DNA from: Candidatus Limihabitans stercoravium
Lineage (GTDB): Bacteria; Bacillota; Clostridia; Christensenellales; CAG-314
Length of the DNA stretch: 64,000 nt
Assembly: GCA_018715495.1 (NCBI GenBank)
Contig: DVLO01000010.1
Location: forward strand, 35,302 to 99,301
Direction: 5' to 3'
The position numbers were made by a program, and so were the translations under genes. The notes beneath the pieces are model-generated. The model searched no databases. It saw only the letters and a program-made list of their open reading frames with translations, and was not told the origin of the DNA. Shown one piece after another: positions 56,701 through 64,000 of the stretch. Each line of letters opens with the position of its first letter. The first letter of the stretch is position 1.

Positions 56701-56909
56701 TTGCGTCGGCGGGCAGAAACATGCGTGACGGTTACATTGCAGTGTCACCCAGTCACGGTGCATGTGATTACTGCGATTACAGGAACATCTGCGACTACAC
56801 GGATGTTTACAATTACCAGCAACGTGACACCAAGTTAAAGGTGGATGCGGCAAAAATTGAGGAGGTGATGGAATGCCCAACTTCAACGAAGGACAGCAAA
56901 GAGCAATAG
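53715..56909 (+). CDS. addB: Helicase-nuclease AddAB, subunit B
   Basis: 1064 aa. The C-terminal RecB-type nuclease carries an Fe-S cysteine set (CPYKFY ... GACDYCDYRNIC) and GKIDRVD...VVDYKSG. Confidence 0.85.
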   Translation: MFTILKTNSMKEGASYIARCLQQTDPSNLDVGHIVIVPDRASLEAENEVLRALGGSFNVEVLTFRRLANAVLDTKYQYMSKQSGIIALTGIIEDVKSQLTCYTKAYSSVGFVSNVYDTISAFKYCKISPEMLVRTDYHPSVASKMKDLGLLYRSYSDFLSGRYVDSADKMDMLSQKAGSSDKIKNSYFYLYDFDNLTKQQLGVIRELALASKGVTLACCTAQAEGDKYLYTNEIFNGVVSMLKENSIAYNVVESCGFSNNFTRQIGENLFRYHKVKPIENDGFLSIYEGETRVDEVYSLACAVERYIRQGNRFKDIYVVTSDINKYTDAISTVFSQFGIPYFCDTPTSLAQHVYSQFIVDYLSSRNNLRLDKVLNWAKNPLFSLDNGDAYYFENFCLKYNVKYDYSQFRVGNTDKLYQRASNFRQLVSDLIDSVAMPRTASVRQFVDVVNLLISHAQLRERNNIFLKRQQEEGLAVESRVTEQVEQKVQDVLIQLTEVGGDRMCSDQQFLTLLTTALASVNVSVLPVYNDCVVFANMAKARKHDIRFLALLGANHGEMPIIKGDCNLLNDDNLKTLAEMGINLEPQIFVENKRERFSLFQLLLEPCDKLYVSYALTDGKDKLVPSAFVGQLSSMFTHNGKPLSRLKNDNEVYCHSQAISKLVLNRRRLVDRQPVDMPLYQVLYNRFADEVEKFMFNKEGRNLRVSSGRKLFLSKNTTTASKITEFFKCPYKFYIQHGLRAKPRQVADVQSSYIGDILHAVLERYVRSVDITESDQVTNNRADMYFDEVMQDDFFRALASDVAVTHVLRQLRNECHKMCNVVKKQLASSSFANFATELEFGNNCPLPPVRVEFDDDEFFLVGKIDRVDVLDDDFVVVDYKSGEGAANYSETSLYFGAKLQLPIYVKAVESNLGKRPLGFYYFRMHNDFVKGAEPLYTWKGRTVDNKEKIQLLDHNLSEGKSTRLSVSVNKDGSLRKSSSILTEQQLDSQVRYAESLIASAGRNMRDGYIAVSPSHGACDYCDYRNICDYTDVYNYQQRDTKLKVDAAKIEEVMECPTSTKDSKEQ

Positions 56910-59900
56910 ACATCAAGGGTAACTTATTGGTGTCGGCTTCCGCAGGCACGGGCAAGACCACCGTCATGATTGAACGCATCTATCAGATGATAAAGCGTGG
57001 TGACGTGGATGTTTCGCAGTTGTTGGTTGTGACATTCACTAACCTTGCAGCTGCCGAAATGAAACAAAGGCTGGCATTAAAACTTGCCGAACACGCAACC
57101 GATCCTGTAATTGCCGACAGACTTGAACGCATTGACAGTGCATCCATCAGCACTCTGCACAGTTTTTGCAGTGACGTACTGAGAAATTTCTTTTATATTG
57201 CAGATATAGATCCATCATTTACGGTACTTGACGATATATCTGTTCTTGCATTGAAAAAAGAAGCAATGGACAAGGTAATGTCAACTTACACCAATCAGGA
57301 CGTGGTGTTTTCCGATTTGTACAGTATTCTGGCAAGCAAGCGTCAGGAATCCAGATTCCGTGATGTGGTGTATCAACTGTACGAATTTGCAGCGACTCAG
57401 GAAGACTTCGGCAAGTGGTACGACGATACACGCAACAACTACAACGAAGTTGCGGACAACGGCGTATTGGCGCAGGCAATAAACAACAACATTGCAACAA
57501 ATCTGAAGTACTACATTGACCTTTTCGACAGACTGGGCGAACAGTTCAGTCGGTACGGACTGGACAAGTACGCCGATGTGTGCTACGCCAACAAGGATGT
57601 CATTACATTCAACTACGAAAACTTGAGCGACAATCTCAATGCGATAGGAAGACTCAACAAGAACAACATTGCAACACTTCGCAAACCCACTAAGATGCCC
57701 TCAGGCATAGAACCCGACTTGTTTTTAAGCCTGTTGGAAGAAGGCAAGGACGCCGTTGACGGGGTGCGAAAATTTCTTGAAAAGTACATGATTCTGGGCG
57801 CACGTGGATGGGAAAATCTTGTAAAGGAAACGCAACAGTCTGTAGTTTACACAGACAAACTCGTGGAAGTAATGAAGTTGTTTTCCGAACAGTACGCTCA
57901 ATTGAAGAAACAGCGTGGAGCAATAGACTTCAACGACATGGAACGCATGGCGCTGGATGTCTTAAAAGACGAAGACGCTTTAAAACAACTGCGCCGCAAG
58001 TACCGCTACATCTTTGTGGATGAGTACCAGGACACCAACAGAGTGCAGGAAGCAATTGTCACAAGGCTTTTAGGAAGTGACAACTTCTTCGCCGTTGGAG
58101 ACGTCAAGCAAAGTATTTACGGTTTCCGTGGGTGTGAACCGCAGATTTTTGTGGACAAGTACAACAACTTCCGCAGTAATGCCGATTTGGGCAGCACTGT
58201 GGAACTCAACGTAAACTACCGATCGGGACTCAATGTGTTAAACTTTGTAAACACCGTTTGTCAGCGCAACATCACGGAGCAGTTCGGTAAGGTCAATTAC
58301 TCACGTGACGCAATGCTCATCGGGTCGGAAAAGGCTGGGGAGAGTTCCGTTGAAGTCATTGTGGTGGAAAGTCCCGAAAAAGAGGAAAAAGAAGTAGAAG
58401 GAATCTACGACATCACAACCGACATTGCAGATGAAGGCAGTGACGATGCGCAAAACAACGTCATTGCAAGTAAGATACTGTCTCTTGTCGGCAGTAAAAT
58501 CGCCGTCGGTGACAAGATGTTGACGGTGGGGTACGGTGACATTGCGATACTGTCGCCTTCCATGACGGACAAGGCTCTTGCGTTGTACAACTGTCTTGTA
58601 CGCCACAACATTCCCGTTGTTGCAGGATTTAAGGGCGAAGGATTTTCCAACAAGGAAGTAAGGGACATCATCAACTTTCTGCGTGTTCTTGACAACGTGT
58701 GTGAAGACAGCTGCCTGGTGGGAGTGTGTCTGTCGCCCATTGGGGGCCTTTCCGAAGAAGAAATGGCTGAGATTGTGTTGTCTGCGGACGGAACGGAAGA
58801 AAGCCTTTTTGAAAAAATCGCCAAATATATTGCTGCAAAACACGATTCAATTGCCCAAAAGGCAAGTAAGTTGCTGGAATTTATCGACAGAATGAGATTT
58901 TACTCTTATTCGGCAACAGTGGATGAAGTAATGCTTGAGGTGTTAAAGCAACGCAACTGGCAGCTGCATGTTGCAGGGCTTCCCAACGGAACACTTCGAC
59001 TTCACAAGTTGTATGAATTCATACATTCCGTGAAGGGGTGCTACTTTGCCGAAAGCGTCAGCAAGTTTGTGCAGTACATCGATCAGACCAGCGATCTGAA
59101 AATGGAGCAAAACGTATCCGCTGCAAACGCTGTCCGAATGATGACAATGCACGCAAGTAAGGGACTGGAATTTCCTGTGGTAATTCTTGCCAATTGCGAA
59201 AAAAACTTCCGCCCCGAATCCCCGACTTTGGTAATCAATGCCGATGTGGGAATTTGTATCAGCAACTACGATTTCGACACAATGACAAGCAATGAAACAC
59301 TTGGTACAATTGCTACGGGCATGTACAACAACATCAAGTTGAAGGAGGAATCCATGAGGTTGCTGTACGTTGCCATGACACGTGCTAAACACAGATTGAT
59401 TGTGGTGTCCAAGTATTCCAAGGCTTTGTTTTCCAAGCGTGCACCCGTTGACGCAACAAGTCAGATGGAGTGGATTGTTGGCGCATTGCAGGATAAGTAC
59501 GGCGACCTTTTAAAGGACGGATTTTCCGCCGACGGCATAACTTATACTCAAGGGGAAATGAGTAGTGTACAACAATCTCAAACACAGATGATGTGTCCGC
59601 AGGACGATGACCTTGACGGGGCGTTGGCAAGAATGTCCTACGTCTACCCCTACAGTGAAGCAACTCATCTGCCCAGCAAGGTTGCAAGTTCTACTCTTGA
59701 CAGACCAATGGACGATGACGGAGTGTCTCAGTACGTTCCTACGCTCTGGGGCGAAAAACGAAAACTTCTTGGTACTGCCTATCACATGTTGTACCAGTAC
59801 ATCAGCCTGGACGGTTCGGACATGGAACAAAGACTTCAACAACTTGTAGAATTGGGACGTATCGACAAGGATACCGCATCGCAAATTGACAGGACGTTGA

Positions 59901-60238
59901 TTGAAAATACGCTCAACAACAGTCAGTTTACAAGATTGTTTCAGGGCGGCAAGGTGTACCGTGAACATCCTTTCATGCTCAATGTGTGCGGCAGAGATAT
60001 AGGACTGGACAGCGATGAAACTGTTGTATTGCAGGGCGTAATAGACCTCATGGTTGTGTACGACGATCATGTAAACGTTGTGGACTTCAAGTACACACGC
60101 AACAGTGCTGCAATACTTGACAACTACCGTGCACAGCTTGAAAGTTACCGTCTTGCAGTAAAACGTATCACCAGGGCAACGACAGTCAATTGCTACGTGT
60201 TGTCCATTGCCGACAACAAGGTTGTGGATTTTCAGTAG
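56873..60238 (+). CDS. addA: Helicase-nuclease AddAB, subunit A (UvrD-like helicase plus nuclease)
   Basis: SASAGTGKTTVM, FVDEYQDTN, YRSG, MTMHASKGLEFP and YVAMTRAK. The C-terminus shows GVIDLM...VVDFKY. GGAGG RBS; 37-nt overlap with addB. Confidence 0.9.
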   Translation: MPNFNEGQQRAIDIKGNLLVSASAGTGKTTVMIERIYQMIKRGDVDVSQLLVVTFTNLAAAEMKQRLALKLAEHATDPVIADRLERIDSASISTLHSFCSDVLRNFFYIADIDPSFTVLDDISVLALKKEAMDKVMSTYTNQDVVFSDLYSILASKRQESRFRDVVYQLYEFAATQEDFGKWYDDTRNNYNEVADNGVLAQAINNNIATNLKYYIDLFDRLGEQFSRYGLDKYADVCYANKDVITFNYENLSDNLNAIGRLNKNNIATLRKPTKMPSGIEPDLFLSLLEEGKDAVDGVRKFLEKYMILGARGWENLVKETQQSVVYTDKLVEVMKLFSEQYAQLKKQRGAIDFNDMERMALDVLKDEDALKQLRRKYRYIFVDEYQDTNRVQEAIVTRLLGSDNFFAVGDVKQSIYGFRGCEPQIFVDKYNNFRSNADLGSTVELNVNYRSGLNVLNFVNTVCQRNITEQFGKVNYSRDAMLIGSEKAGESSVEVIVVESPEKEEKEVEGIYDITTDIADEGSDDAQNNVIASKILSLVGSKIAVGDKMLTVGYGDIAILSPSMTDKALALYNCLVRHNIPVVAGFKGEGFSNKEVRDIINFLRVLDNVCEDSCLVGVCLSPIGGLSEEEMAEIVLSADGTEESLFEKIAKYIAAKHDSIAQKASKLLEFIDRMRFYSYSATVDEVMLEVLKQRNWQLHVAGLPNGTLRLHKLYEFIHSVKGCYFAESVSKFVQYIDQTSDLKMEQNVSAANAVRMMTMHASKGLEFPVVILANCEKNFRPESPTLVINADVGICISNYDFDTMTSNETLGTIATGMYNNIKLKEESMRLLYVAMTRAKHRLIVVSKYSKALFSKRAPVDATSQMEWIVGALQDKYGDLLKDGFSADGITYTQGEMSSVQQSQTQMMCPQDDDLDGALARMSYVYPYSEATHLPSKVASSTLDRPMDDDGVSQYVPTLWGEKRKLLGTAYHMLYQYISLDGSDMEQRLQQLVELGRIDKDTASQIDRTLIENTLNNSQFTRLFQGGKVYREHPFMLNVCGRDIGLDSDETVVLQGVIDLMVVYDDHVNVVDFKYTRNSAAILDNYRAQLESYRLAVKRITRATTVNCYVLSIADNKVVDFQ

Positions 60239-60359
60239 AGCGTTGTGGCGTTTGGATTTAATACAAGTTTAACGTGAAAAACAATGTAACAAATACATCA
60301 AAATTGATGTTTACTCCGTTGTGCTGTTGTCAACAATAGGTGCAACGGAGGTTTTTTAT

Positions 60360-61082
60360 ATGCAATATTTACAATTGTTTTTTGAGTACGCAGCACAGTA
60401 CGCAGTTTACGCAGTAATCGGGGCTGTTTCATTGATTACCATTTTTGCAGTTGTCAACCTTGTGTTCGATGATTACCGTAAGATAAACAAGGGGCTTAGA
60501 AACAGTATTACTAAACTGAAACGTGGTTGCCGCAACGGTTGGGCGGAATTCTACGACAGTTTGCCACAGCCTTACAGATTGTTGTGGAAGTGCTACACGG
60601 CAACGGGCGGCGGAGTGTACATTGACAGGGCGGTGGATTTCGTGGCGGTAAGACAAAGAGTACTCTTTAAATTGGGTATCCTGTTGTCATGGGCGGTTGC
60701 ATTGGTGTACGGTGTGGCATTTTTCTATTCCATGGGTGAATCGGCACTTTACATCAGCATGTCTGTGTTGTTTTACAGTGTTACTGTGTTGTTGATTGTC
60801 AGATTTTCCCACATTGCCAAGTTGAATCGTGCAAGAAGAATCTACACTCAGTGGACGGCGTGTGTTGACGGATTTTTTGGCAAGGATTACAGTTTTACCC
60901 TCAACAAGAGAGTGGAAGACAAGGATGTTTCACGCACAACCAATGCATTGTCGGTACAGAAAGACCCATCACGTGTGGCGGAAATACTGCGCAACAGTAA
61001 TCTTGACGGACAGCGCAGCGTAGCGCAGCAACGCAAACTCAACGTCGCATTGAACAGTCTTGTGTGCGGTGCAAACAAGTGA
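60360..61082 (+). CDS. Hypothetical membrane protein
   Basis: I chose the ATG at 60360, preceded by GGAGG; three to four TM helices; no family recognised. Confidence 0.5.
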   Translation: MQYLQLFFEYAAQYAVYAVIGAVSLITIFAVVNLVFDDYRKINKGLRNSITKLKRGCRNGWAEFYDSLPQPYRLLWKCYTATGGGVYIDRAVDFVAVRQRVLFKLGILLSWAVALVYGVAFFYSMGESALYISMSVLFYSVTVLLIVRFSHIAKLNRARRIYTQWTACVDGFFGKDYSFTLNKRVEDKDVSRTTNALSVQKDPSRVAEILRNSNLDGQRSVAQQRKLNVALNSLVCGANK

Positions 61083-61097
61083 GGACTAAACAAATTC

Positions 61098-61138
61098 AAG
61101 ACGCTTTAAGTCAAACTGTGGACTTGGCGTCTTTTTTT
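61098..61138 (+). terminator. Rho-independent terminator
   Basis: AAGACGC..AAGTC / GACTT..GCGTCTT followed by T6. Confidence 0.7.
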
Positions 61139-61154
61139 GTGGTATAATCAAGTC

Positions 61155-62969
61155 ATGAACAATGACATTTCGTTGAAACTTGCCAACCTTCCCGATGAAC
61201 CGGGCGTGTACATCATGTACGACGTTGACGGAAACATCCTGTATGTCGGCAAGGCTAAAAATTTAAAAAACAGGGTAAGACAGTACTTTTTCACCTCAAC
61301 TAAGAAGACGGAAAAGGTTCTTGCCATGCTTTCGCACGTGTGGACGTTCCGCTACATCATTACGGCAAGCGAAACGGATGCGCTGTCGCTGGAAAACACC
61401 CTGATAAAGAAACACACTCCGCCCTACAACATACTGCTCAAGGACGACAAACAGTATCCCTACGTCAAGGTGGATTTGAGACAGGATTTCCCACGCTTTG
61501 TCACTACACGCAAATTGCAAAAGGATGGTTACAAGTACTTCGGGCCAATCACTTCGGGCGGAGCAAAGGCTTTTCTGGATATATTGAGTCAGGTTTTTCC
61601 CACGGCAACCTGCAAGTTGAATTTCAATAAACTGCCCAAGAATTTCCGTCCGTGTTTGAATTACCACATCGGACGTTGCTGTGCGCCTTGTATCGGCAAG
61701 GTCTCCAGGAAACAGTACGGAGAAATTGTAAAGCAGGCGGTGGATTTTCTTTCCGGCAACGACACAATGGTCAAACAAGTGCTCAAGGAAAAAATGCACG
61801 AAGCCAGCGAAAAACTGCTGTTCGAACAGGCATTGCAGTACCGAAATTACCTTGGACTCATTGACAAACTAAATCAGCAGCGCATTGTCGTGCTCAACAA
61901 GGCGGTGGATTACGACATGTTTGCCGTTGCAGGTAACGGAAGCAACAGCGTTGTCAATCACACCATGATCAGGTGCGGCAAGGTTGTGTATAGCGACAAT
62001 TTCGCAGTCACCGACGCAGGTCTTGACGAAGCGCAAACTCTGTCAAGTTTCTTGATGGCGTATTGCGAAAAGGTGCAGTTGTGTTCCGAATTGTTTGTAA
62101 ACATTGAGTTGAACGACACCGAACAACTTGAACAGGCAATACAGCAACTGACAGGTAACGAGGTTACAGTGTACTGTCCGCAGAGAGGTGACAAGAAACG
62201 TCTTGTTGACATGTCCTACCGCAACGCAGTAGAGTACCTTACCAAGAGTCAGACTGCAATTGAGAAGAAGTACAACAGCACTGTGGGCGCTGTTCAGCAG
62301 CTGAAACAGTTGTTAAACCTTGTGACGCTACCCAAACGAATTGAGTGTTACGACATCAGTAACATCAGCGGTGTTGACAAGGTTGCGTCCATGGTTGTGT
62401 TTACCAACGGAAGCAAGGATCAGGCGGCGTACCGCCGTTTCAGGATAAAGACGGTTGAGGGTGCTAACGACTTTGCCAGCATGAAGGAAGTGCTGACAAG
62501 AAGATTTGCCCGTATCGATGACGAAAAATTCGGTGCACGTCCCGACCTCATTGTGGTGGACGGCGGGCTGGGACAACTGGACTACGCACGTCAGGCAATG
62601 GAAGAAACGGGAGTTACCGTCCAGATGGTATCTCTTGCCAAGCGTGAAGAACTGGTGTATACATTGCGTGACAATGAGCCTATATTCCTTCCACGAAACA
62701 GCTACGCACTGAATGTATTGATAAACATCCGTGACGAAGCGCACCGATTTGCAATAACCTATTTCAGGAAACTGCACGGCAAAAATGCCTTAAAATCCGT
62801 CCTTGACGAAATTGAAGGAGTGGGTGAAAAACGCCGCATTGCATTGCAACGTCATTTCAAGAGCCTTGAAGCGTTGACCAATGCCACGGAAGATGAGATT
62901 GCCGCCGTCGACGGAGTAACCCGTCCCGTTGCACGCACAATCTACCGTCATTTCCACGACGCCGATTGA
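61155..62969 (+). CDS. uvrC: Excinuclease ABC subunit C
   Basis: GIY-YIG domain (PGVYIMYD..ILYVGKAKNLKNRV), UVR domain, and C-terminal RNase H-like and (HhH)2 domains. The ATG at 61155 fits the conserved N-terminus. Confidence 0.9.
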   Translation: MNNDISLKLANLPDEPGVYIMYDVDGNILYVGKAKNLKNRVRQYFFTSTKKTEKVLAMLSHVWTFRYIITASETDALSLENTLIKKHTPPYNILLKDDKQYPYVKVDLRQDFPRFVTTRKLQKDGYKYFGPITSGGAKAFLDILSQVFPTATCKLNFNKLPKNFRPCLNYHIGRCCAPCIGKVSRKQYGEIVKQAVDFLSGNDTMVKQVLKEKMHEASEKLLFEQALQYRNYLGLIDKLNQQRIVVLNKAVDYDMFAVAGNGSNSVVNHTMIRCGKVVYSDNFAVTDAGLDEAQTLSSFLMAYCEKVQLCSELFVNIELNDTEQLEQAIQQLTGNEVTVYCPQRGDKKRLVDMSYRNAVEYLTKSQTAIEKKYNSTVGAVQQLKQLLNLVTLPKRIECYDISNISGVDKVASMVVFTNGSKDQAAYRRFRIKTVEGANDFASMKEVLTRRFARIDDEKFGARPDLIVVDGGLGQLDYARQAMEETGVTVQMVSLAKREELVYTLRDNEPIFLPRNSYALNVLINIRDEAHRFAITYFRKLHGKNALKSVLDEIEGVGEKRRIALQRHFKSLEALTNATEDEIAAVDGVTRPVARTIYRHFHDAD

Positions 62970-63044
62970 CAATGACCATTGTGAACATGTTTTTTCAACT
63001 CACGTAGTGCGAAAATCAACATCATTTTTTAAGCGAAAGCAATC

Positions 63045-63076
63045 AAAATCCCGACGAAAACCGTCGTGATTTTCTT
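63045..63076 (+). terminator. Terminator after uvrC
   Basis: AAAATCCCGACG / CGTCGTGATTTT followed by a T-rich tail. Confidence 0.55.
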
Positions 63077-63431
63077 ATTTGTCCAATTGGTGCATGGTTA
63101 AACATTCAATTGTTCTTTAGCTTTGATTTTTATAATAAAGGGTATTTTTACCGCGGAAAATCGTGACAACTTCTGTCACTTATCCTAAAAACTGATTTTC
63201 TGTAAATTCGTCAAAAAAAGCGAATTTATTTTTCTTGAATTGTATTGACAAAACACTTTTAGCAATATATCATTAGTTTGGCTTAATTATATATTGACTA
63301 GGAGGTGGTTGTGATGTGCAGTTGATGGCATTATGTTTGCCTGAATGACATTGATTTTCTGCTTTACAAATGATGAAATAAAGGAGCAAATACATTTCAC
63401 CGCTCTTTTAGGGGAAAATCAGGAGATTTCT

Positions 63432-64000
63432 TATGTCAATTAGTATGAAAAAAACAATGTGTGCATTGTTGTTGGTCATTTGTCTTTCTTGTGCCGTGGC
63501 ATTGGGACTTGGATCTAATTCTGTTGCCTACGCTGAATCTAACACGGCAGTTCCTGCAAGCGAAACTTTACAAAGCGGTTTAGGCATGGCAATCAATGTT
63601 GTAACTGCTCAGAAACTAAATGATTTCAAGATCAACAATATGGTGTTTGATTCGGAGAAATTTCAAGATATAGCCGTTTCAAGAGTAAACTTAAGCGAAA
63701 CAACTATAAGCTCATATTCAACAACGGACATCAACGATTTGATTATGAATTTCAGCTTTAGCACTGGAATTGGAACTGAAGCTAAAGCATTCCTTGGATG
63801 TTTGAGTTTAGGATTGAGTGGTTCGTCCAATATCAATTTTGAAGAATACAGTTACAAATATTTTTATATTTTTGAAAGTGAAGTGCTTCGTTACAGGCTT
63901 ACGGTAAACAACTACGACCAGTTAGACACATTTGCAAATTGCTATAGTGATAAATACCTAAGTGATTTAGCAAAACTGGCTAACAACACCATGTCTTACG
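63432..64000 (+). CDS. 5' part of a secreted protein, running off the window; possible MACPF/pore-forming family
   Basis: AGGAG RBS 8 nt upstream. Signal peptide MSISMKKTMCALLLVICLSCAVALGLGSNSVAYA-ES. The frame is open to nt 64000, and the gene is absent from the ORF track because it has no stop in the window. Confidence 0.6.

Overview
This 64-kb window looks like a chromosomal segment of a low-GC Gram-positive, Clostridia-like anaerobe. The basis is GGAGG-type ribosome-binding sites (RBS), many lipobox lipoproteins, AddAB rather than RecBCD, PyrR, desulfoferrodoxin and a two-subunit class I fumarase. The content runs as follows. (1) 0.5-2.7 kb: murI and fumarate hydratase alpha/beta. (2) 2.7-8.9 kb: one tightly packed operon holding a lipoprotein, pgsB, pgsC and a non-PgsA third poly-gamma-glutamate protein. 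That operon continues with an OmpR/histidine-kinase pair and a PduO-like adenosyltransferase homologue. (3) 9-10 kb: an A+T-rich gap with a TetR C-terminal remnant. (4) 10-30 kb: a Gram-positive polysaccharide-utilisation locus. It holds GH2, three GH43 genes, and an SGNH-esterase/CBM9 surface protein split by one in-frame TAG. It also holds a LacI regulator, a CUT1-type binding protein with two permeases, and a coupled 4-gene module ending in a long MalK-like ATPase. (5) 30-34.7 kb: mutT, a pyrimidine-salvage cluster (upp, pyrR, uracil permease with leader terminator, DUF523), a decayed flavodoxin-like gene and dfx. (6) 34.8-50 kb: a mosaic accessory stretch. It carries an A+T-rich N6-adenine methyltransferase with a possible N-terminal nuclease motif plus an XRE regulator. 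Next come two tandem secreted barnase-family RNases, one with its signal peptide out of frame at an A8 tract, then LysR and malic enzyme. The stretch ends with an XRE regulator plus unknown membrane proteins, a decayed LRR lipoprotein, tRNA-Pro(GGG) followed by about 168-bp repeats and a copy of its own 3' end, and an A+T-rich DEDDh exonuclease with a BRCT domain. (7) 50-63 kb: housekeeping genes (a second GH2, tadA, a lipoprotein, addB, addA, uvrC). (8) 63.4 kb to the end: the start of a secreted protein. I recognised no rRNA genes, CRISPR arrays, transposases or integrases. All family calls rest on motifs read by eye; no database search was run.
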